NCBI GenBank assembly: GCA_041662745.1
Contig: JBAZRV010000003.1
Span: 30,001-62,000, forward strand
DNA: 32,000 nucleotides
Reading direction: 5' to 3'
DNA from: Patescibacteria group bacterium
GTDB lineage: Bacteria; Patescibacteriota; Patescibacteriia; 2-01-FULL-39-33
This document shows, one piece after another, positions 24,168 to 30,385 of the stretch. The notes beneath the pieces were generated by a model. That model worked only from the letters and a program-made list of their open reading frames with translations, ran no database searches and was not told where the DNA came from. A program made the position numbers and the translations under genes. The stretch's first letter is position 1. Each line of letters starts with the position of its first letter.

Positions 24168-25823
24168 ATGTTAAAAATTTTCAAGAAAAAACGCTTTTGG
24201 GTAATTCTGGTAATTATCCTGGCAGTGGTCGGGTTCGGAATTTACAAATTATTAACGCCTAAATCAGCGGTGGAATATACCACCGAAGCGGTTAAGCGCG
24301 GCCGATTGACTCAGACAGTTTCCGCTACCGGCCAAGTTGAATCGGCGCATGAAATCACTTTGAATTTCAAGACGCCGGGCAAAATAACCTATCTAGGGGT
24401 CAAAGAAGGCGATGACGTCAAGGCCGGGCAGGATTTGGCGCGGATTGATTCCGGTTCTATCGCCGCTTTAATCAAGCAATATCAAGCTAACTTGGCTTCG
24501 GCTCAAGCCAATTTGGATAAAGTCAAGGCCGGCGCTTCCGCGGAAGATATTAACTTGACTCAGGAGCAGCTAATTAAAGCGCAAAATGATTACAGCAATC
24601 TGGTCCGTGAATCGGAAACGCAAATAGGGATATTGAAGGATAAAACCATTGATAATTTGAATAATGCCATTTTTACTTCGCAAACGGCTTTAAATACCGT
24701 TTTCAGTAATTTAATCAGTACCGAAACCACCGTTAATATGCTGGTAATGGATACCAATCTGCAGAATCAGGTCAAGAATGATTATGTTGTTTTATTGAAC
24801 GGACTCTCGGTTTTGCGCGATGAAGTGGCGGCGGCGCAGAAGTCCGGCGACCAACAGTTCATCATCAGAGCCAGCGACGATGTGAAGAATTTTCTGAGCC
24901 AGCTTAACGGCTATCTGGACTCCAGTTTCAATTTAGCGGATAAGATTATTATCAACACTACCTATACGCAAACCAAGAAAGATACGATCAAATCGGATAT
25001 TTCTACGCAACAGACTTCCAACAATACGTCGTTGACGGCCGTGCAAACCGCTCGTTCCAATATCATTAATACGGCTGATTCATATCAATCGCAGATTTTG
25101 GCGGCCGCCAACGCCGTTTCCATTGCGCAAGCGTCTTTGGATCTGAAGAAGGCCGGACCGCGTAGTTTTGAGTTGGCTTCGGCTCAAGCCGCCGTGGCCC
25201 AAGCCCAAGCCTCGTTGGATAAGACCAGGGCCGATGCCGAGGATTATGTCATCCGCGCGCCGATTGACGGCAAGATCACCCAGGTCAATTATTCCATGGG
25301 CGAGACTACAACGGTAAGCGAAGCGGCGATTGCCATGCTGTCCAACGAGCGTTACGAAATCAAAGTTGACATTCCGGAATCGGATATTATCAAGTTGGCT
25401 GTGGGGGAAAAGGTGGCGATTGATTTGGACGCTTTCGGGAGCGATCATCCGTTTTCCGGCGCCGTGACTTTTATTGATCCGGCGCAGACGATCATCAAAG
25501 ACGTGACTTATTACAGAACCACGGTTACTTTCAATCAGGATTCTTGGAGCGATCAAATTAAGCCGGGCATGACTGCCAACATCACCATTATCGCGGCCGA
25601 AAAAGATGGCGCCCTGTATATTCCGCAACGCGCCGTCAAAATCAGGGAGACGACTTTGGGCGAAGTGCCCAATAAATATGTGGAGATTTTAGTTAACGGC
25701 CAGCCGCAAGAGCGCGATGTGGAAATCGGTTTGCGCGGCGATAACGGCTTGGTAGAAATAATTTCCGGCTTAAACGAAGGCGAGCAGGTGGTGACTTATA
25801 AGAAAGACAATACCAAACAGTAG
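24168..25823 (+). CDS. HlyD/MacA-family periplasmic adaptor (membrane fusion protein) with a long coiled-coil hairpin
   Basis: It has an N-terminal TM helix, a lipoyl-like segment (GDDVKAGQDLARID ... IRAPIDGKIT) and a beta-barrel C-terminus. The helical insert is roughly 250 aa. Confidence 0.85.
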   Translation: MLKIFKKKRFWVILVIILAVVGFGIYKLLTPKSAVEYTTEAVKRGRLTQTVSATGQVESAHEITLNFKTPGKITYLGVKEGDDVKAGQDLARIDSGSIAALIKQYQANLASAQANLDKVKAGASAEDINLTQEQLIKAQNDYSNLVRESETQIGILKDKTIDNLNNAIFTSQTALNTVFSNLISTETTVNMLVMDTNLQNQVKNDYVVLLNGLSVLRDEVAAAQKSGDQQFIIRASDDVKNFLSQLNGYLDSSFNLADKIIINTTYTQTKKDTIKSDISTQQTSNNTSLTAVQTARSNIINTADSYQSQILAAANAVSIAQASLDLKKAGPRSFELASAQAAVAQAQASLDKTRADAEDYVIRAPIDGKITQVNYSMGETTTVSEAAIAMLSNERYEIKVDIPESDIIKLAVGEKVAIDLDAFGSDHPFSGAVTFIDPAQTIIKDVTYYRTTVTFNQDSWSDQIKPGMTANITIIAAEKDGALYIPQRAVKIRETTLGEVPNKYVEILVNGQPQERDVEIGLRGDNGLVEIISGLNEGEQVVTYKKDNTKQ

Positions 25824-25862
25824 CGCACGACAGGCGATGGATCTGAAGATAAATATAAAATT

Positions 25863-26585
25863 ATGACTGATAAATTGATAGAAGTCAAAGATTTAAAAAA
25901 AGATTACGTCAATGACGAGGTGGTAACGCCCGTGTTGCATGGCGTCAGTTTTGATATTCACCAAGGAGAATTCGTGGCGATTATGGGTCCGTCCGGTTCG
26001 GGCAAGTCCACCTTGATGCATATTTTAGGATTTTTGGATAATTTAACTTCCGGCCAATTTTTTTTTAAGGGGCGCGATGTCAGCAATTTGGATGAAGATG
26101 AGCTGGCGCGCATCAGGAATGAAGAAGTCGGCTTTGTTTTTCAAGCCTTCCATCTATTGCCCAAGACTTCGGTCTATAACAATGTCAAGTTGCCTTTGCT
26201 TTACAGCACGGCCAAAGATGCCGACCAAAAGGTCAGGACGGCGATTAAGGCCGTGGGGCTGGAACATCGCACCAATAATTTTTCCAATCAACTCTCCGGT
26301 GGCGAGAAACAGAGAGTCGCCATTGCCCGCGCCTTGGTCAATAATCCGTCAATTATTTTTGCCGATGAGCCGACCGGCAATTTGGACAGCAAGTCAGGCA
26401 ATGCCATCATGGAAATCTTGGAAGATTTAAACGACGCCGGCCATACGATTATCCTGGTTACTCACGAAACCGACACGGCTAAGCACGCCAAACGCATCAT
26501 TAAGATTGTTGACGGTTTAATTGCTGAGGATTATAATGTCGCCGATCGTCGCAGCGCTAAGAACGGCGGGCAATTAATGAAATAA
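25863..26585 (+). CDS. ABC transporter ATP-binding protein (MacB/LolD-type)
   Basis: Walker A is GPSGSGKST, the signature is LSGGEKQR, and Walker B is [12 protein letters not shown]. Confidence 0.93.
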   Translation: MTDKLIEVKDLKKDYVNDEVVTPVLHGVSFDIHQGEFVAIMGPSGSGKSTLMHILGFLDNLTSGQFFFKGRDVSNLDEDELARIRNEEVGFVFQAFHLLPKTSVYNNVKLPLLYSTAKDADQKVRTAIKAVGLEHRTNNFSNQLSGGEKQRVAIARALVNNPSIIFADEPTGNLDSKSGNAIMEILEDLNDAGHTIILVTHETDTAKHAKRIIKIVDGLIAEDYNVADRRSAKNGGQLMK

Positions 26586-26586
26586 C

Positions 26587-27822
26587 ATGCGATTTACCGA
26601 AACCGTCAAACTGTCTTTTTCTGTTTTGCGCACCAACCGAACGCGCAGTTTTTTGACTTCTTTGGGAATTATTATCGGTATTGCCGCCGTTATTGTGATT
26701 ATTTCCGCCGGCGCCGGAGCACAATCGCTTATCGTTAACCAATTCAACGCTATCGGCACTAATTTAATAGGTGTTCTTCCCGGCGCCAGCGATGAGAACG
26801 GTCCGCCCGCTTCCGCTTTCGGCATTATTTTGCAGACGCTCAAATACGAGGATGCTCAAGCAATTGCGCAAACAATACCGCACGCCAGCGCCGTCTCTTC
26901 CTATAATACCGGGGTGGCCACGGCATCTTATCAGGGCGCTAAAGTGGATACCACTTATTACGGCGTTATGCCCGATTACGTGTTGGTTGAGGATACGGGA
27001 GTGGAGACAGGGAGATTTTTCGGGGATGACGAGGACCGGGGCAGTTCAAAAGTTGCCGTATTGGGCTGGCAGGTGGCGCAGGATTTGTTTGGCGGTCAGG
27101 ATGCCGTGGGTCGCAAGATAAAAATCGGCAAGGAATTTTTTGAAGTGATCGGGGTAATGCGCAAGCGCGGCGTTTCCGGCTTCCAAAACAATGATAATAT
27201 TATTCTAATACCGGCGCAGACCGCGCAAAAAATAATGCTGGGCGTGCGTCATGTAAATTTCATCCGCGTTAAGGTTGATCAGCAGGAAAATCTGCCGCAA
27301 ACCGTAGAAGACATCCGTTTTTTGTTGCGCGATCGCCATAACTTACTGGAATCAAAGGTTGATGATTTTAATATCCGCAACACAGCCGATGCTATCAAAA
27401 CCTTAACCTCCATTACCGACGTGTTGAAGTTTTTCCTGGCCGCCATCGCCAGCATCTCTTTGCTGGTCGGCGGCGTGGGCGTAATGAATATCATGTTAGC
27501 TTCGGTCAATGAGCGCGTTCGTGAAATCGGTTTGCGCAAGGCCGTGGGCGCCAAGCCCGGTGATATTATGGTGCAGTTTTTGGCTGAATCGGTTACCGTC
27601 ACGTTGGCCGGAGGGGTTATCGGCATTATTATCGGTTCACTGATTTCGGCGTTGGTTGCCGTAGTCGCCAAATACCTGGGCTATGATTGGGATTTGGTGG
27701 TCTCGCCGCTGTCAATATTTATGGGTTTTGGCGTGGCTTTTGTCGTGGGTTTGATTTTTGGCATTTATCCGGCCACTCGCGCGGCCAAACTTAACTCCAT
27801 TGAGGCGCTAAGGTGGGAATAG
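26587..27822 (+). CDS. ABC transporter permease (MacB_PCD plus FtsX-like domain)
   Basis: A TM helix is followed by a large extracytoplasmic domain and then three C-terminal TM helices. The FtsX-type motif GLRKAVGAKPGDI is present. Confidence 0.9.
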   Translation: MRFTETVKLSFSVLRTNRTRSFLTSLGIIIGIAAVIVIISAGAGAQSLIVNQFNAIGTNLIGVLPGASDENGPPASAFGIILQTLKYEDAQAIAQTIPHASAVSSYNTGVATASYQGAKVDTTYYGVMPDYVLVEDTGVETGRFFGDDEDRGSSKVAVLGWQVAQDLFGGQDAVGRKIKIGKEFFEVIGVMRKRGVSGFQNNDNIILIPAQTAQKIMLGVRHVNFIRVKVDQQENLPQTVEDIRFLLRDRHNLLESKVDDFNIRNTADAIKTLTSITDVLKFFLAAIASISLLVGGVGVMNIMLASVNERVREIGLRKAVGAKPGDIMVQFLAESVTVTLAGGVIGIIIGSLISALVAVVAKYLGYDWDLVVSPLSIFMGFGVAFVVGLIFGIYPATRAAKLNSIEALRWE

Positions 27823-27866
27823 GGGAGTTAATGTTCAGTTGCTAACGGATCGGCTTTTAGTTAATA

Positions 27867-27893
27867 GATCGCTTATTTTTAGGCGATTTTTTT
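27867..27893 (+). terminator. Rho-independent terminator of the ABC operon
   Basis: Stem atcgc (27868-27872) pairs with gcgat (27883-27887), followed by TTTTTTT. Confidence 0.65.
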
Positions 27894-27943
27894 AATTTAA
27901 TTTTGTCTAATTTTACGTATTTATTGATAATTAAATTAGAAAA

Positions 27944-27952
27944 AGTGGATAA
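27944..27952 (-). promoter_or_regulatory. DnaA-box-like 9-mer matching 8 of 9 positions
   Basis: agtggataa is the reverse complement of TTATCCACT. It lies 5 nt upstream of the -35 hexamer. Confidence 0.3.
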
Positions 27953-27957
27953 AACAC

Positions 27958-27986
27958 TTGACAAAATATTTAAGGTGTGATATAAT
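27958..27986 (+). promoter_or_regulatory. Consensus sigma70 promoter with an extended -10
   Basis: TTGACA (27958-27963), exactly 17 nt of spacer, then TGaTATAAT (27978-27986). This is the best promoter match in the window. Confidence 0.7.
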
Positions 27987-27992
27987 AGTTTA

Positions 27993-28940
27993 TTCAAGAT
28001 GATGGTTGTGGATAACTGAACAAAATTCAATTATTGACAATATCATCTTGTGGCAGTTTAAAAGCTGTTTTAAAAGAGTTCTTCGGAGCTCTTTGTCAGG
28101 GCGGCATACGGCTTATGTCGTGTGTCGCCCTTGACAAAGGTTTCTGAAAAGCGATGGCTAATTCTTGTTGATGGCTGTTTTTTTGAGTGGACATAGTCCG
28201 AACAGTATCGGCGAGAACGGTTGCAACGCAGAAATCCAGGGTTCTTGGGTGGTATCGGCTGAAGGTGCCAATCCGACTTCGGGTCGGTCGCAGCTAATGC
28301 TTAAATAAAAAAATCGACCGAAGGCCGATGCCCCCAAGAATCCGACCTAAGAATCAGAAATGCACTTTAACGGCTGACTTAATTACGGTCAGCCCTCCAC
28401 TTAAGCTCAGGATAAATCATGATCTTAACGGGAGCTTGAACATTACTAAGCATTCATCTGCGGCAGTTTGTCGCCGCATCGATATGATTAAGGCGTATGC
28501 TTGTCCGCCTGATCAAGTCCAAAGCCAAAAGCCGAGGATTTTGGGAGGAGATTGAGCTGAAGAGGGGGCATGGTTTGAAATTATATATTTACCAATCGCC
28601 TTAATTCACTTCTTCAAGTCTTGATTATATCGATGCGGTAGCAATGTTTGGCCGTCAAGCAGGCGGGCAAACGCGCGCCGCAAGCACTTTCTTTGAAAGA
28701 AGAATTTCCCCACCGTCGGGCCATTATCCCGCCGGATCGGTAGACTTCCTCCTTTCTCTGGGGAGGCGTCATGTAACCGCATGCGCCTCCCCCACACGCC
28801 TCAGACAGTATGGTTCGAGGGCGCATAATCAAATCCTCACAAGGGAAGCTTGGTTTTACGCTTACGGCTTAAGTACTGTTTGAGGCGTGTGTTTTAAAAC
28901 GGCATTTCATTCTACGAGCAATCTCGTGAAGGAGGGTCTG
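27993..28940 (+). ncRNA. Candidate large structured RNA or long structured leader of unknown family
   Basis: The region has no credible ORF and is richer in GC than its flanks. Strong helices include 27995-28003/28042-28050, a C(UUCG)G hairpin at 28074-28093 and a ~20-bp hairpin at 28091-28139. Further helices are a 20-bp long-range pairing 28239-28259/28324-28343, 28372-28378/28388-28394, 28394-28408/28554-28568 and a 13-bp hairpin at 28760-28792. G.U pairs favour the plus strand. The ends are estimates. Confidence 0.5.
28004..28015. repeat. Left copy of an inverted 12-mer that contains a perfect DnaA-box 9-mer
   Basis: ggttgtggataa; within it, TGTGGATAA (28007-28015) is the reverse complement of TTATCCACA. 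Confidence 0.5.
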
Positions 28941-28943
28941 TCT

Positions 28944-29126
28944 ATGGTAATTCAATGTTGCGTTTGCTCCAAGGTGCGTTCGGCCGGTACTTGGGAAGTC
29001 CGGAGCATCCCTCCCGGGGAGCAGGTTTCCCACGGCTATTGCCCAGAATGCGCCGAAAAAGTGTTTCAGGGCATAGAGCGGGAGTTGGCCGCGCGACAAA
29101 AGAAGGAGGAGACCGTCAATGGCTAA
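28944..29126 (+). CDS. Zinc-ribbon miniprotein of 60 aa (CxxC ... SHGYCPEC)
   Basis: The SD GAAGGAGGG lies 7-8 nt upstream of the ATG. The sequence reads MVIQCCVCSKVRSAGTWEV...VSHGYCPECAEKVF. The track's GTG at 28887 has no SD. Confidence 0.7.
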   Translation: MVIQCCVCSKVRSAGTWEVRSIPPGEQVSHGYCPECAEKVFQGIERELAARQKKEETVNG

Positions 29127-29319
29127 AGGTAAGTGTCCGGCTTGCTTCAAAGTTGAAGTAGCGCCGGGACAATGGAAGAATGTCGCCTTGCCGGTCGGCG
29201 AGGAAACATTTCCCCAATATTGTCCAAAGTGTGCCGAACACAACGCTTATGTTCGGGGGAGCATCCTGGCATCCAAGAGGTTGGCGGATGCGGCCCTGGC
29301 CTCGGCGTCGGGCAAATAG
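29119..29319 (+). CDS. Zinc-ribbon miniprotein of 66 aa, a paralogue of the preceding gene
   Basis: The SD GAAGGAGGAG sits at 29102-29111. The gene overlaps the upstream ORF by 8 nt. The sequence reads CPACFKVEVAPGQW...FPQYCPKCAEH. Confidence 0.7.
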   Translation: MAKGKCPACFKVEVAPGQWKNVALPVGEETFPQYCPKCAEHNAYVRGSILASKRLADAALASASGK

Positions 29320-29326
29320 TTCAATG

Positions 29327-29353
29327 AAGGAGGAGGCTGCGCGCTTCCTCCTT
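29327..29353 (+). terminator. Terminator-like 11-bp hairpin
   Basis: aaggaggaggc (29327-29337) pairs with gcttcctcctt (29343-29353), including one G.U pair. The U-tract (TAAAATT) is weak. Confidence 0.5.
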
Positions 29354-29369
29354 TAAAATTAATTTTGAT

Positions 29370-29381
29370 TTATCCACAGCC
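29370..29381. repeat. Right copy of the inverted 12-mer that contains a perfect DnaA-box 9-mer
   Basis: ttatccacagcc; TTATCCACA sits at 29370-29378. The reverse complement matches 28004-28015 at 11 of 12 positions. A TTGACA hexamer lies 9 nt downstream of the 9-mer (29388-29393). Confidence 0.5.
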
Positions 29382-29475
29382 AGACTCTTGACACTATATT
29401 GTTTTTATAAAAATTTAAGATATAATTTTATATTAAGGGATGACACTAAGCGTCAGGCATTTTCAATCGCACTTT

Positions 29476-29511
29476 CCTAAAAACATTTTTAGGATCACAC
29501 TTAAGTGTGAT
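29476..29511. promoter_or_regulatory. Two abutting 18-bp palindromes (operator-like, or paired RNA hairpins)
   Basis: cctaaaaa-ca-tttttagg occupies 29476-29493. atcacacttaagtgtgat, a perfect 18-bp palindrome, occupies 29494-29511. Confidence 0.6.
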
Positions 29512-29539
29512 TTCGAAAATTCTCGTCGCGTCTTCTCCA

Positions 29540-29566
29540 AGTCCCGCCCATGTGGCGGGACTTTTA
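29540..29566 (+). terminator. Rho-independent terminator
   Basis: Stem agtcccgcc (29540-29548) pairs with ggcgggact (29554-29562) across a 5-nt loop, followed by TTTAATT. Confidence 0.65.
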
Positions 29567-29588
29567 ATTGGCTGATTTTTTTGATTAG

Positions 29589-29597
29589 TGTTATAAT
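29589..29597 (+). promoter_or_regulatory. Extended -10 element TGTTATAAT
   Basis: This is an exact TGnTATAAT, 21 nt upstream of the ATG at 29619. Confidence 0.45.
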
Positions 29598-29618
29598 TTA
29601 ATCAAGCAATCAAATCCT

Positions 29619-29996
29619 ATGTCGCTTAAGCAATTAATCATCATCGTTGCCATTGCCACATTATTATGCTGGGCCAGCTGGTTGCTGGTCATTTTTGAGG
29701 TGGATCCGACGACTGCCGGCTTTTACGGCTTGCTGATTTTTTATGCCAGCATGTTTTTTTCTTTGCTCGGCTTATTTTTTTTGATCAGTTTCGGTTTCAG
29801 GAAGATTTTCAACAAGCTGGAAATGGAATACAGGCTGGTGGGCATGTCTTTCCGCCAATCGTTTTTCTTTGCCCTGGCAGTCGTCGGTTTCTTTTTTTTG
29901 CAAAGCAAGGATTTGCTGACTTGGTGGAATAGCATTATGTTGCTGGCGGCTCTGGTGATTTTGGAATTTTTCTTTTTGAGTTATCGGAAAAAGTAA
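29619..29996 (+). CDS. Hypothetical 4-TM membrane protein
   Basis: Four hydrophobic helices are present. The gene has its own promoter-like element and a strong terminator. Confidence 0.7.
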   Translation: MSLKQLIIIVAIATLLCWASWLLVIFEVDPTTAGFYGLLIFYASMFFSLLGLFFLISFGFRKIFNKLEMEYRLVGMSFRQSFFFALAVVGFFFLQSKDLLTWWNSIMLLAALVILEFFFLSYRKK

Positions 29997-30008
29997 GGCA
30001 ACAGAAGG

Positions 30009-30033
30009 CGTCCCTTGTCGGGACGTTTTTTTT
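30009..30033 (+). terminator. Rho-independent terminator
   Basis: Stem cgtccc (30009-30014) pairs with gggacg (30020-30025), followed by TTTTTTTT. Confidence 0.85.
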
Positions 30034-30073
30034 ATTTGGCATTATAATGTTTCTTGTTATTTTTACTCTCTCA

Positions 30074-30280
30074 TGTCATTCCTGGCTTGACCAGGAATCC
30101 AGGTTTTCCTGTCATCCTGAGGCGCACCTGCCTGCCGGTAGGCAGGGACGGGAATCCAGGTTATTTTTATCCGTCATTGCGAGCGAAGCCGTAATCGGCG
30201 AAGAGCGGCAATCTTTCAGTGAACATAAATGTGGCCTTCAATATTGCTTCGTTCCGCTACGCTACACTCGCAATGACGAA
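30074..30280. repeat. Cluster of three palindromic repeat units of the GTCATYSC family
   Basis: The first unit is tgtcattcctggcttgaccaggaatccagg (30074-30103). The second is tgtcatcctgagg...gggaatccagg (30110-30160). The third is gtcattgcgagcgaagc...gcaatc (30173-30213) with its partner attgcttcgttccgctacgctacactcgcaatgacg (30244-30278). The track ORF at 30047-30295 is built from these units. Confidence 0.8.
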
Positions 30281-30287
30281 AAGCAAT

Positions 30288-30317
30288 TTGACTAAGTTAA
30301 GATAAAATAGCTATAAT
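30288..30317 (+). promoter_or_regulatory. sigma70-like promoter of pheS
   Basis: TTGACT (30288-30293), an 18-nt spacer, then TATAAT (30312-30317). Confidence 0.55.
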
Positions 30318-30338
30318 ATATTCATATTAAGCTATTTT

Positions 30339-30361
30339 TCTCCCCCTTACGAAGGGGGAGA
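30339..30361 (+). other. 10-bp G/C-core hairpin in the pheS leader
   Basis: tctccccctt pairs with aagggggaga around the loop acg. It lies 25 nt upstream of the pheS ATG and has no U-tract. Confidence 0.5.
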
Positions 30362-30385
30362 TTAAGAGGGAGTTATAGAGAAACT

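Noticed and set aside
28140-28186. A fluoride (crcB) riboswitch or intrinsic terminator at gcGATGGCTaattcttgttGATGGCTgttttttt.
   Set aside because: The two GATGGCT copies are direct repeats, not inverted, so no stem precedes the T-run. The crcB core as I recall it is not matched beyond GATGG.
28180-28830. RNase P RNA, tmRNA or SRP RNA identity for the structured region. The cues were atagtccgaac, ggttgcaacgcagaaa, gaaggtgccaa and a gca-gct-aat-gct-taa mini-frame.
   Set aside because: The conserved cores are missing or out of order. There is no GGAAAGUCC...ACAGAAnnCGGCUUA P4 pair. There is no tRNA-like T-arm/acceptor with GGUUCGAnUCC...CCA. There is no GGAA/AGCAG SRP domain IV.
28000-28900. 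An ORF-less group II (or group I) intron.
   Set aside because: I could find no GUGYG 5' end, no domain-V-like GAGCCGUAU...ACGGUUC hairpin and no reverse transcriptase. The flanks are not an interrupted gene.
28328-29243. Track ORFs 28328-28555(+), 28606-28797(-), 28614-28832(-), 28644-28883(+), 28955-29161(+) and 28869-29243(-) as protein-coding genes.
   Set aside because: They have no SDs, they overlap one another, and their translations are low-complexity and Arg/Pro/Gly-rich, typical of GC-rich non-coding or antisense frames. The minus ORF 28869-29243 is simply antisense to the two SD-equipped miniprotein genes.
27840-29620. A chromosomal replication origin (oriC), suggested by the perfect DnaA boxes and AT-rich flanks.
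   Set aside because: There are only two perfect boxes and one 8/9 box. No dnaA, dnaN or rpmH lies nearby. Genes on both sides run in the same (plus) direction rather than diverging. The boxes flank a GC-rich transcribed-looking unit rather than a DUE. The observation is kept as a regulatory or TIR hypothesis instead.
30047-30295. An 82-aa ORF upstream of pheS.
   Set aside because: It is assembled entirely from three palindromic repeat units (SCHSWLDQESR..., VIASEAV...). Reading frames through this repeat family are spurious.
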